Source of the DNA: a virus
Lineage: Duplodnaviria; Caudoviricetes
IMG/VR virus record: IMGVR_UViG_3300021962_000133
Location: 1-54,661 of that record
Reading direction: 5' to 3' (one strand)
DNA length: 54,661 bases
Shown: piece by piece, positions 1-7,835 of the stretch
Numbering within the stretch: the stretch's first letter is position 1
Layout: each line of letters begins with the position of its first letter
Made by a program: the position numbers and the translations under genes
The notes under the pieces: model-generated
What the model was told of the DNA's origin: nothing
Database searches by the model: none
Seen by the model: only the letters and a program-made list of their open reading frames with translations

Positions 1-18
1 AATTCAAAAATGATTCTG

Positions 19-42
19 GACCGTCATGTGACGGTCTTTTTT
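19..42 (+). terminator. Intrinsic terminator-like hairpin
   Basis: GACCGTCA-TG-TGACGGTC inverted repeat followed by a T run. Confidence 0.6.
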
Positions 43-175
43 GTTGGAAAGGATTCTGTGTTACTTGGGTGTGGACTACCCAGTATACGGAAAATGATTC
101 TGGGGGAGCCTACCCCTGATCTCTTCACACCTTGCAACCGGTGCGCCCTTCGTACTTTTTCTTTCCGACATGTAT

Positions 176-204
176 AATATAACAAGCCCTGTGTGTAAAA
201 ACAA
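176..204 (-). promoter_or_regulatory. Leftward early-type promoter (TTGT-N19-TATATT)
   Basis: Reverse complement matches the early consensus at exact spacing; lies back-to-back with the promoter at 208. Confidence 0.5.
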
Positions 205-254
205 GCTTTGGTTTACATGAGAATTTCATTATATTATAGTATAAGAAAGAAAAT

Positions 255-494
255 ATGAAAGATATGAAAAAAGAAAATGAAGTAAAATTTAATGATGAAA
301 TAAAAGAATTTATTGATAGTAAAGTAATTGAAGCGTGTAATGATAATTCTTTTAATGGTTTAGTTGAATGTGGATGGTTTGATAATGAATTAGTTATTGA
401 AATTATTGAATTGTTTGGTGATGGAGATTATGATGATGTTTGTGATGAAATAAAAGAATATATTGTTAAAGTAGTAAAAAGACATGAGGTATAA
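255..494 (+). CDS. Small acidic early protein
   Basis: 79 aa, D/E-rich, ATG directly follows the repeated promoter unit. Confidence 0.8.
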   Translation: MKDMKKENEVKFNDEIKEFIDSKVIEACNDNSFNGLVECGWFDNELVIEIIELFGDGDYDDVCDEIKEYIVKVVKRHEV

Positions 495-549
495 AGTGAG
501 TTTGTTATTGTGAAATAAATTTATTATATTATAGTATAAGAAAGAAAAT

Positions 550-795
550 ATGAAAGAGTTAAAATTAAAATTTAAAGATGGTGTGTATGGGTTTGTGTAT
601 GATGCAATGTATGGTGATATATCAGAGGTTGTTAAAAAACCTTTATCTAAAGAAACTATAGAGTTTTTTAATAACAATACAGAAGATGATTATGTTTTAT
701 TTACAACAACAGATGAGTTAGCAGAGTTGTTTGGTATTGAGTGTGAGGCACATGTAACAGAGTATTGGGGTGATATATTGGAGATCGCAAAATAA
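550..795 (+). CDS. Small acidic early protein
   Basis: 81 aa ORF directly after a promoter unit. Confidence 0.8.
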   Translation: MKELKLKFKDGVYGFVYDAMYGDISEVVKKPLSKETIEFFNNNTEDDYVLFTTTDELAELFGIECEAHVTEYWGDILEIAK

Positions 796-828
796 TTTGT
801 TATATTATAGTATAAGAAAGATAAAAAT

Positions 829-1080
829 ATGAGAGCAAGTATTAAAGAAGTAATGTGCGAGTTAAAAAAGGTTCAAGGTTTGGGTTTGTTAATCTCAGAC
901 GCAGACGCAAACAGAGTGATCAACAGAAAAACTCGTACAAAGAGAGGCAAAACAATGTCTAAAGAAAAGTTAGTAGATTTAGAAAAGCCATTCAAACTAA
1001 ATAACACTCTTTACTACCCACTAATTGTAAAATTAGATGATTGTCACTTTAATAATAATATGAGAGGAGTTATCGCATAA
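829..1080 (+). CDS. Small basic early protein
   Basis: 83 aa ORF after a promoter unit. Confidence 0.75.
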   Translation: MRASIKEVMCELKKVQGLGLLISDADANRVINRKTRTKRGKTMSKEKLVDLEKPFKLNNTLYYPLIVKLDDCHFNNNMRGVIA

Positions 1081-1184
1081 TGGTAACTCTATTCATGATT
1101 GTATTTTACGCGTTTATTATTCTGGTATGTGCGGCACTAGAGAAATTGACTAGGCCAAACGGTAAAAAGGGATTGTGGGGATAA
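1080..1184 (+). CDS. 34-aa single-TM peptide (not in ORF track)
   Basis: MVTLFMIVFYAFIILVCAALEKLTRPNGKKGLWG; TAATG coupling to the upstream stop. Confidence 0.65.
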   Translation: MVTLFMIVFYAFIILVCAALEKLTRPNGKKGLWG

Positions 1185-1237
1185 CATGCTTGGCATGCTC
1201 CACACCCTATGCTATATTACAGTATAAGAAAGATAAT

Positions 1238-1456
1238 ATGAAAAAGATAATCGCAACATTTAAAGTAACTGACGACGCTGGAAATTTGATCAAAATGTAT
1301 ACCATGACAGCTATGGACCATACAGATTTGTATGTTATGACCTCAGTGGCTAGAGAGGTATGGGATGAGTATCATGTGGAGGTAGAAACAGATTTGTTCA
1401 CACAGTCATTTTCACACACATACAAAGAGGAAGTGATGCTTGGGCTCGCTAAATAA
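1238..1456 (+). CDS. Small early protein (start moved from 1175 to ATG 1238)
   Basis: MKKIIATF...; ATG directly follows the promoter unit. Confidence 0.8.
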   Translation: MKKIIATFKVTDDAGNLIKMYTMTAMDHTDLYVMTSVAREVWDEYHVEVETDLFTQSFSHTYKEEVMLGLAK

Positions 1457-1487
1457 TTTCACTATATTACAGTATAAGAAAGATAAT

Positions 1488-1595
1488 ATGAAAGAGATAA
1501 TTAAAGACACAGTAATTGCAGTTATGTATTTGTTTGGCGCTTCAATGTTGGGAGCAGCTTTTGTAATTGGGCTTTACACAATGTGTGGTTATTAA
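1488..1595 (+). CDS. 35-aa single-TM peptide (not in ORF track)
   Basis: MKEIIKDTVIAVMYLFGASMLGAAFVIGLYTMCGY; has its own promoter unit. Confidence 0.7.
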   Translation: MKEIIKDTVIAVMYLFGASMLGAAFVIGLYTMCGY

Positions 1596-1659
1596 GATAA
1601 TTTGGCCGCACACGGAAATTTAGTTATATTATAGTATAAGAAAGATAAAATAAGAAGAT

Positions 1660-1764
1660 ATGAAAAAGTCAAATGGAGTATTTAGCAATGACATTAGCAA
1701 CATTTTGTTGGTTGCAGGATGGTTTTTATTGGTTACAGCGGTTGCATTAATTGTTACACAATAA
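1660..1764 (+). CDS. 34-aa single-TM peptide (not in ORF track)
   Basis: MKKSNGVFSNDISNILLVAGWFLLVTAVALIVTQ; has its own promoter unit. Confidence 0.7.
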   Translation: MKKSNGVFSNDISNILLVAGWFLLVTAVALIVTQ

Positions 1765-1841
1765 GGTAAGTTTGGCACCGCACGAAGATTTAGTTATATT
1801 AATAAGGTAAAAGAAAGTAAAATAAAAAGAAATAAAAAGTT

Positions 1842-2132
1842 ATGAGCAAAAAAGTAAACAACACAAACACAATCGAAGTTATTCAAGTTAACACTATCAG
1901 CAAAAATGGTAAGCGTTTAGGCCGCCCAGCAAATGCAAGCAGTCGCCGCCAACAGACATTGGCTTTAAAAGCTGAGTTGCGTGAGCAAGGTTTGCTTAAA
2001 AAAGGTCGTCCAGTTGATCCAACTAGTAAAAAACAACAACGTGAACAAGCACGTTTGGAATTTCTAGCTAATGGAGGTGTTATTAAGCGTGGCCGTCCAA
2101 AGATGGTTAAAGCTGAAACAACTGAAGCATAA
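1842..2132 (+). CDS. Basic protein with three AT-hook-like GRP motifs
   Basis: KRLGRP, KKGRP and KRGRPK at ~29-aa spacing. Confidence 0.75.
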   Translation: MSKKVNNTNTIEVIQVNTISKNGKRLGRPANASSRRQQTLALKAELREQGLLKKGRPVDPTSKKQQREQARLEFLANGGVIKRGRPKMVKAETTEA

Positions 2133-2153
2133 GTTAATTAGTTTAAAAACACT

Positions 2154-2173
2154 AGCCCGCCAAAGTGCGGGCT
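2154..2173 (+). terminator. GC-rich hairpin after the AT-hook gene
   Basis: AGCCCGC-CAAAGT-GCGGGCT; U tail is weak. Confidence 0.5.
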
Positions 2174-2198
2174 TACAGTGTTGATAATAGTTATATAC

Positions 2199-2459
2199 AT
2201 GAACGAAAATAAAGAATTAATGGAATTTCTTAAGAATCTACGTGACACATTGACTGAATTGACTGATGACGTAGATACTGAATTGCGTGATGTTGAAAAC
2301 ATTGAATTGTCAGATGAGATCTATAAGTCAGTAGTCTCTAAACTTGATGCTGCATTGAGCGGATGTGATGACCTTATCGATGAATTAGAAGCCGGATCGT
2401 TCAATCGTGATGATATATACGATGACGATGATGGACTTTTTGATGATGTAGATTTCTAA
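2199..2459 (+). CDS. Highly acidic helical protein (start at ATG 2199)
   Basis: MNENKEL...DDIYDDDDGLFDDVDF. Confidence 0.75.
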   Translation: MNENKELMEFLKNLRDTLTELTDDVDTELRDVENIELSDEIYKSVVSKLDAALSGCDDLIDELEAGSFNRDDIYDDDDGLFDDVDF

Positions 2460-2703
2460 AATCTGTCTCTAGAGACCCCCGGTAATTGCTTTCCCGTAAA
2501 GACGGTCTTGGTGGACCGGGATATGTTTGCGTAACTTTTAACTCGTAAACGATTTTTCACATCGATGCGTATATACATATATACCCACAATTAACTTACA
2601 ATTCCGTTTTAACCCATTTGACATAAAATCCACGGGATGTAAAATCTCTTTTTTATAAAATTTTTTGTATTGACTAAAGTATATACTTATATACAATAGG
2701 TGA

Positions 2704-2883
2704 TTATAGGAATTTTTTCCTACGTTCCTCTAAATCCTCAATTTTATCCCAGCCTTTTATAGCCCTGTTTTTATTGAATGTTTGTAATACTTCCCATGTT
2801 ACAAAATGAGTATCACCGTTTGATGTTTGTACTAAGCAACCTTCTTTTTCCTCTTTCAATATCTCAATACTCCAGACTTTCAT
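2704..2883 (-). CDS. Hypothetical 59-aa protein (not in ORF track)
   Basis: MKVWSIEILKEEKEGCLV...RRKKFL; abuts 2887..3183. Confidence 0.6.
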   Translation of the reverse strand: MKVWSIEILKEEKEGCLVQTSNGDTHFVTWEVLQTFNKNRAIKGWDKIEDLEERRKKFL

Positions 2884-2886
2884 GTA

Positions 2887-3183
2887 TTATCTATCCGATT
2901 TATGTACTTCAACTCCTTCTTCAATATAAGTAACCGTGTGTTTAATTTCAGCATCACTCATTAGTTTAGAAAATAATTCAGCCATTTTAATCCAATCATC
3001 AGGGTTGTTTAAAGTTAATTTGATTTTGAATTTAGAATCACCAAATTCCATTGATTGATATGGATGGTAATTTGATGATATGCTTATATTTGAATTAGGT
3101 GAAGAAGTTGGATTATATACTATAGAATGACTCACATTACTACCAACACCAACATTTAATAAATTTGTACTTTTATTTTTCAT
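2887..3183 (-). CDS. Hypothetical protein
   Basis: 98 aa; preceded by a minus-strand TTGG-N19-TATATT at 3238-3210. Confidence 0.7.
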   Translation of the reverse strand: MKNKSTNLLNVGVGSNVSHSIVYNPTSSPNSNISISSNYHPYQSMEFGDSKFKIKLTLNNPDDWIKMAELFSKLMSDAEIKHTVTYIEEGVEVHKSDR

Positions 3184-3186
3184 AAC

Positions 3187-3348
3187 TTACTTTTGTTTTT
3201 GTTTAGCATAATATAATGAGTCATGTTTTCCTTTCCAAGCTACCCATTGTACTTCTCCTTTTCTAATTTGTTTACGGGTTTTTACAGCGCCACCAACACT
3301 TAATCCTAATATCAGAGCAATTCCTGCTTTCATCCATAATTCAAACAT
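3187..3348 (-). CDS. 53-aa membrane-anchored peptide (not in ORF track)
   Basis: MFELWMKAGIALILGLSVGGAVK...; fills the gap between neighbouring genes. Confidence 0.6.
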   Translation of the reverse strand: MFELWMKAGIALILGLSVGGAVKTRKQIRKGEVQWVAWKGKHDSLYYAKQKQK

Positions 3349-3357
3349 ACAATTTAT

Positions 3358-3684
3358 TTAATCTAATCCAAAAGGTTCTCCAAGTATTTTATGTATTACT
3401 CTTCTAAAAGTTTTTTGGAATTCTTCTTGTAATACACTCATAACTTCTTCTTGTAATTTAGGATCATCTTTTAATTTTTCCATTTTTCCATTACTACCGT
3501 CATGATACATAGCACTCATTTTAAAAAATACAGATGGTGAGTTTTTTTCACCATCATCTATAATCTGCATTTTAATAGAAGGAACATCATCAAATTCATT
3601 GTCATCTTCAATTTTATTAAATTCAACAGATTCTTTATTTATTCTATTTTCAGTTAAAAATTTCTTTAAGTCAAAGTTATCCAT
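3358..3684 (-). CDS. Hypothetical protein, possible internal head protein
   Basis: MDNFDLKKFLTEN leader; ATATTTAT motif upstream (3696-3689). Confidence 0.7.
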   Translation of the reverse strand: MDNFDLKKFLTENRINKESVEFNKIEDDNEFDDVPSIKMQIIDDGEKNSPSVFFKMSAMYHDGSNGKMEKLKDDPKLQEEVMSVLQEEFQKTFRRVIHKILGEPFGLD

Positions 3685-3695
3685 AATGATAAATA

Positions 3696-4370
3696 TTACT
3701 TAACTTTCTTTAATTTCAAATCCTTAATTACCTTACTAGCTATTTTTTTATGTCCAGATGGGGCCATATGACATAAATTGTCCCAACAGTCTCTTCTATC
3801 AACTACCCTAGTATCTATTACAATTGCTCCCTCCATATCACTGGTTAAAAGTAATTGTTGAAACTTCGCATACCTTGTTGCATAATTTGGGTTTTGCGTT
3901 TTAGTACATTTTAAAGCGTCAAATCCCGTTAATACTACACATGTTATACCTCTTTTAACAGCCATCCTAACAATACCTTTGATATTTTCAACAGCATGTT
4001 CTGGCTTAATGTGACTTGAATACATGTCATTAGCTCCTCCATAAACAAATACATAATCAACTTTATCATTGATTTTATATAACGCTTGATCTAACATCCA
4101 ATAAGTTGTTTTACCTCCAACAGAAGCATTAATCATTTTAAAACCAACTGAATCACTTAATTGTTTTTGCCAACCTTGAGTGTGATTGGATGTATGTGAA
4201 TCACCTATATACAATGCTGTTTTATTTTTAACACTTACTAATGTGTCTTTAATGACTACTGTGTCATTATATATTTTGGGTGTTATAACTGGTTGATTTG
4301 TTTTGTAAACTGCTGCACTTAAAAATCCCATTATTAAAGCAGCGAATAAAACTGATTGTTTAATATTCAT
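3696..4370 (-). CDS. Exported SGNH/GDSL-family hydrolase (esterase/acyltransferase-like)
   Basis: N-terminal hydrophobic signal, IGDS block I, GG block II, GGAND block III, D-x-x-x-H block V (DNLCH). Confidence 0.85.
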   Translation of the reverse strand: MNIKQSVLFAALIMGFLSAAVYKTNQPVITPKIYNDTVVIKDTLVSVKNKTALYIGDSHTSNHTQGWQKQLSDSVGFKMINASVGGKTTYWMLDQALYKINDKVDYVFVYGGANDMYSSHIKPEHAVENIKGIVRMAVKRGITCVVLTGFDALKCTKTQNPNYATRYAKFQQLLLTSDMEGAIVIDTRVVDRRDCWDNLCHMAPSGHKKIASKVIKDLKLKKVK

Positions 4371-4539
4371 ATTTGTTTTTTATTTTTTTTAATTCATTAT
4401 AAGCTTCTCTAACTATTAAGTGATTACATTTAATTTTAGTTGTTTTTTTTAATTCACTTACTTTATCATGTAATTCATGAAAAAAACCTTTTACATGGGC
4501 TTTATGATACAATTCTTCAACAAGTTCTTCATTAGTCAT
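4360..4539 (-). CDS. Hypothetical protein
   Basis: MTNEELVEELYHKAH...; ATATTTAT motif at 4551-4544. Confidence 0.65.
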   Translation of the reverse strand: MTNEELVEELYHKAHVKGFFHELHDKVSELKKTTKIKCNHLIVREAYNELKKIKNKYEY

Positions 4540-4551
4540 AAACATAAATAT

Positions 4552-4785
4552 TTATTTTCTTCTTTTTGTTTTTCTTGTTTTCTTTGTACTATCAATTTTT
4601 TTCATTTGTCTAGCTACTCTTTTTTGAATCTTAGTTTCCCTAAGTTCCATATTCATTTCTTTTATTGTTTTAGCATATGTAATATCTACTCTGATTGGAT
4701 TTTTTGATACTTCTGTATCATAATGCCAAACTGTTTTCTTAATATCACTACCTTTTTCACTTTCAAACACCCTAGTATATTTCAT
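4552..4785 (-). CDS. Hypothetical basic protein
   Basis: 77 aa; early-type promoter at 4824-4796 on the minus strand. Confidence 0.7.
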   Translation of the reverse strand: MKYTRVFESEKGSDIKKTVWHYDTEVSKNPIRVDITYAKTIKEMNMELRETKIQKRVARQMKKIDSTKKTRKTKRRK

Positions 4786-5120
4786 ATCTTAGTATAATAT
4801 AATAAAATTTGCCCGTAAAGCCAAACTTACTTTAATATTTTTTAGTATATATGTATATAGGGATTAAGAATGTGCGCACGAAAACTAGGGTTTTTTTCTT
4901 TTTCTTAAAAGCTTTTTACTTTTTTCCACAAAAGGCTTGGCTTCCCAAGGAAGATTCATTATCTTCTCCCTTGTTAAAGAAGGTATGAATGAATGAGAAT
5001 GAGAGAATGAGGAAGGAAGGATAAGGAAAGAATGAGAAATGAAGGAATAAAGTAACAAAAATAAGATTAGCAATAGACCTTGCATATATAAAAATTATAT
5101 CTGCATATATTTATATACGA

Positions 5121-5414
5121 ATGAATAAACAAAAGTTATTACTTGAAGCTATTAAAAGTAGCAGGTTATTTAATGTTACTAGTGAAGTACCTAAAACATA
5201 TGTCTTAGGATTAACATATTGTGAACACTGTACTCAACTGGAAGAAGAATTAAAATCTAGAAATATAAACTATACTTTTATTGATGCTGGAGATAATGAT
5301 GATTTTTCTGATAAGATAGAAAAAATAACTAAAAATGAATATTATCCAATGATTATAATCTATAATGGTTTAATGGTTGAGATATATGACATAGATTTTA
5401 AATCCCTAATATAA
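5121..5414 (+). CDS. Glutaredoxin/thioredoxin-fold protein
   Basis: YCEHC CxxC motif and YPMI cis-Pro motif. Confidence 0.8.
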   Translation: MNKQKLLLEAIKSSRLFNVTSEVPKTYVLGLTYCEHCTQLEEELKSRNINYTFIDAGDNDDFSDKIEKITKNEYYPMIIIYNGLMVEIYDIDFKSLI

Positions 5415-5415
5415 T

Positions 5416-5610
5416 ATGAGACAAAAACAATTAGTATCTAAAAAACTAGATCAACTTGAAAACATGCTTAATAAGCTTAATTTCAAATTCCGCGAACTCC
5501 CACTTGAACAAAATCAATCCCAGCAATTAAGGGTATTTGTTGAAGAAATTAAAGAACATGTTTCTGATATTCAGACATTAATAAACAACGAAGGTAACGA
5601 GTGGATCTAA
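5416..5610 (+). CDS. Hypothetical helical protein
   Basis: 64 aa, tightly packed with neighbours. Confidence 0.65.
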   Translation: MRQKQLVSKKLDQLENMLNKLNFKFRELPLEQNQSQQLRVFVEEIKEHVSDIQTLINNEGNEWI

Positions 5611-5613
5611 AGC

Positions 5614-5642
5614 TTGGCTTTTTAAGATCCTTTCATTATATT
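5614..5642 (+). promoter_or_regulatory. Early-type promoter TTGG-N19-TATATT
   Basis: Exact consensus and spacing, just upstream of the HD gene. Confidence 0.75.
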
Positions 5643-5650
5643 CAATCCAT

Positions 5651-6424
5651 ATGTTAACACCAGAAAAAATTCAATCTAATTGGCAGCAGTTTTTAGAGTT
5701 AATTGAGACTCACATTTCCTCTCCTCGTAAGGAAAAATTATTAGACTTTTATAATAAGTATGAGGAACGTTTTTGTTTGATGCCTGCTAGTCACAAAAAA
5801 GAATACCATAACTGCTTCCCAGGTGGTTATGTTGATCATGTATTGCGTGTTGTTGAAGCTGCCTTAGATATGGATCAAGTATGGAAAAAATTTGGTGTTA
5901 AAGAAACATACACTACTGAAGAGTTAGTATTTTCAGCTTTAAATCATGACTTAGGAAAATTTGGTGACTTTGATCATGAAGCTGTTATACCTAACCCTTC
6001 AGAGTGGCATGTTCAAAATCGTGGTGAAATTTACGCTTTTAATCCAGCACTTGCTTATATGACTGTTCCAGATAGAGGTTTATGGTTATTAACTCAATAT
6101 GGAATTAATTTCACCCAAAATGAAATGTTAGCTATTAAATTACATGATGGATTATATGATGATTCAAATAAACCTTATTTGATGACTTGGATGCCTGAGA
6201 CAAAACCTAGAACATCTTTAATTTATATTGTTCATCAGGCTGATTTAATGGCAGCACGTATTGAATTTGAACATGCTTATCTTGATAAGTTTGTTGATCC
6301 TAGAACTATTTCAAAACCTAAAAAAGAATATACAAAACCTACAGCAGCTATTAATAAGGATAAAGCTTTTAAATCATTAAGCAAAAATAATCCTGGATTT
6401 GCAGATATGCTTAAAAATTTATAA
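5651..6424 (+). CDS. HD-domain metal-dependent phosphohydrolase (YhaM-like)
   Basis: H...GGYVDH, LNHDLGK, LHDG, HQAD motifs. Confidence 0.85.
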   Translation: MLTPEKIQSNWQQFLELIETHISSPRKEKLLDFYNKYEERFCLMPASHKKEYHNCFPGGYVDHVLRVVEAALDMDQVWKKFGVKETYTTEELVFSALNHDLGKFGDFDHEAVIPNPSEWHVQNRGEIYAFNPALAYMTVPDRGLWLLTQYGINFTQNEMLAIKLHDGLYDDSNKPYLMTWMPETKPRTSLIYIVHQADLMAARIEFEHAYLDKFVDPRTISKPKKEYTKPTAAINKDKAFKSLSKNNPGFADMLKNL

Positions 6425-6427
6425 TAT

Positions 6428-6700
6428 ATGGTAACAACTATTTTAAATATTGCTCTTTGGATTTTCACATTAGCAGGATATGCTATTTGGAATCTTATGA
6501 AAAAAACAGAGCGTTTAGAAACAATTATTGAAGAACAACAGATTTTAATTAATCAAATATCTACTGTTATTGACGAATCTGATCGTGTTTTAACAGAAAT
6601 TGATCAAAGAGGTTCATTTTCATCAGATGATGAAATAGGATGGTTTTTTAAAGCAGTTAAAGAAATTCAATCTGCTTTAAATCAATTTATTAAAAAATAA
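6428..6700 (+). CDS. Membrane-anchored coiled-coil protein
   Basis: N-terminal TM helix followed by heptad pattern. Confidence 0.7.
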   Translation: MVTTILNIALWIFTLAGYAIWNLMKKTERLETIIEEQQILINQISTVIDESDRVLTEIDQRGSFSSDDEIGWFFKAVKEIQSALNQFIKK

Positions 6701-7464
6701 TGAGTGCTGAATTAATAGTTGAGGTGGAAGTCCCTTCAGTAGAACTCACTAAAAAAGGCACTATACGTAAACGTAAACCTAAAAAGTCAAATACTTACTT
6801 TACTCAAGAAACTGAAGATGCTATTGTAGCCTGGAAAAATGCTACTACATTTGAAGAAAAAGATAGAATTTTTTCAACTAAAATTTATCAACCTTTTTTT
6901 AAATTAACAGAAAATATTATTCATACTTTTAAATATTATTATACTGAAGTTGATACTATTAAAGAATTACAACATGAAGTTATTATTTTTTTATTAGAGA
7001 AAATGCACATGTATAATCAAGCTAAAGGTAAAGCTTATTCTTATTTTGGTACTATAGCTAAACGTTATTTAATCTTATCCAACCAAGCTATTTATAAAAA
7101 AATTAAAAATAAAGCTGAAGTTGAAGAAGTAGATGAAGATGATACTATATATAATGATTTAGTAGCTCAAACTGACACAACAGGTCCTACAGAATTTATG
7201 GGTATGTTTATTATTTATATGGATCATAATTTAAAAAAGATATTTAATAAACCTAAAGATATAATTGTAGCTGATGCTATTATACAATTATTTAGAAATA
7301 GAGAAAATATTGATATTTTTAATAAAAAAGCTCTTTATATCTACATCAGAGAAATGACAGATTCATCTACTCCACAAATTACTAGAACTATTAAAAAGTT
7401 AAAAAAGATATATAAAGAACAATATAATCATTATTACACACATGGTTATATAAAAACTAATTAA
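6700..7464 (+). CDS. gp55: Phage RNA polymerase sigma factor (T4 gp55-like, late)
   Basis: Sigma region-2-like segment LLEKMHMYNQAKGKAYSYFGTIAKRYLI; N-terminal YFT motif; C-terminal helical region. Confidence 0.7.
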   Translation: MSAELIVEVEVPSVELTKKGTIRKRKPKKSNTYFTQETEDAIVAWKNATTFEEKDRIFSTKIYQPFFKLTENIIHTFKYYYTEVDTIKELQHEVIIFLLEKMHMYNQAKGKAYSYFGTIAKRYLILSNQAIYKKIKNKAEVEEVDEDDTIYNDLVAQTDTTGPTEFMGMFIIYMDHNLKKIFNKPKDIIVADAIIQLFRNRENIDIFNKKALYIYIREMTDSSTPQITRTIKKLKKIYKEQYNHYYTHGYIKTN

Positions 7465-7502
7465 ATTTTTTCTTTAACTTGTATTTATATTATATACAAG
7501 CT

Positions 7503-7835
7503 ATGAATTTTGATACAATTATATTTAAAGACAAAACATTTGGTTCATTATTAGAGGACATTTATAAAAATTCTAAAGAGAAAGAAAAACAACTAAAAGC
7601 TTTAATTTCTCAATTAAAAGAATTTATTCATGAACCAGGTGATGCTGTTATGATGGTACCTTTATTAAAAGAATATCTTGAAATAAGTGTTAAAAATGAT
7701 GATGCTTTAATTAAGATGGCAGGTATAGTTCAAAGAGCTATGAATGCTTCTTCTAATGAAGGAGGTGATTTATTAACAGAAAAAGAAAAAGAAATGTTAT
7801 TTCAATCATTACAAGATTTAAACACTAACGACTAA
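7503..7835 (+). CDS. Hypothetical helical protein (start at ATG 7503)
   Basis: GTATTTATA motif upstream; coupled to the next ORF. Confidence 0.7.
   Translation: MNFDTIIFKDKTFGSLLEDIYKNSKEKEKQLKALISQLKEFIHEPGDAVMMVPLLKEYLEISVKNDDALIKMAGIVQRAMNASSNEGGDLLTEKEKEMLFQSLQDLNTND

Larger units (their letters stand above)
208..1800 (+). repeat. Seven copies of an early promoter/translation-start unit TTG(G/T)-N19-TATATTA(T/C)AGTATAAGAAAGA(A/T)AA(TATG)
   Basis: TTG boxes at 208, 502, 778, 1190, 1440, 1602, 1772 and TATATT at 230, 525, 801, 1213, 1463, 1625, 1795 (N18 in the first copy; the last copy diverges after TATATT); each copy precedes a small ORF. Confidence 0.9.

Noticed and set aside
1175-1237. 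N-terminal extensions in the ORF track (also at 2178, 7479, 15195, 4545)
   Set aside because: They run through promoter motifs or upstream genes; downstream ATGs fit better.
208-1800. CRISPR array
   Set aside because: The intervals are 160-410 bp, variable and protein-coding. The repeat is a promoter/start unit and no cas operon is present.
4885-5085. 66-aa minus-strand ORF
   Set aside because: It is a low-complexity translation of the purine tract with no supporting features, though not fully excluded.
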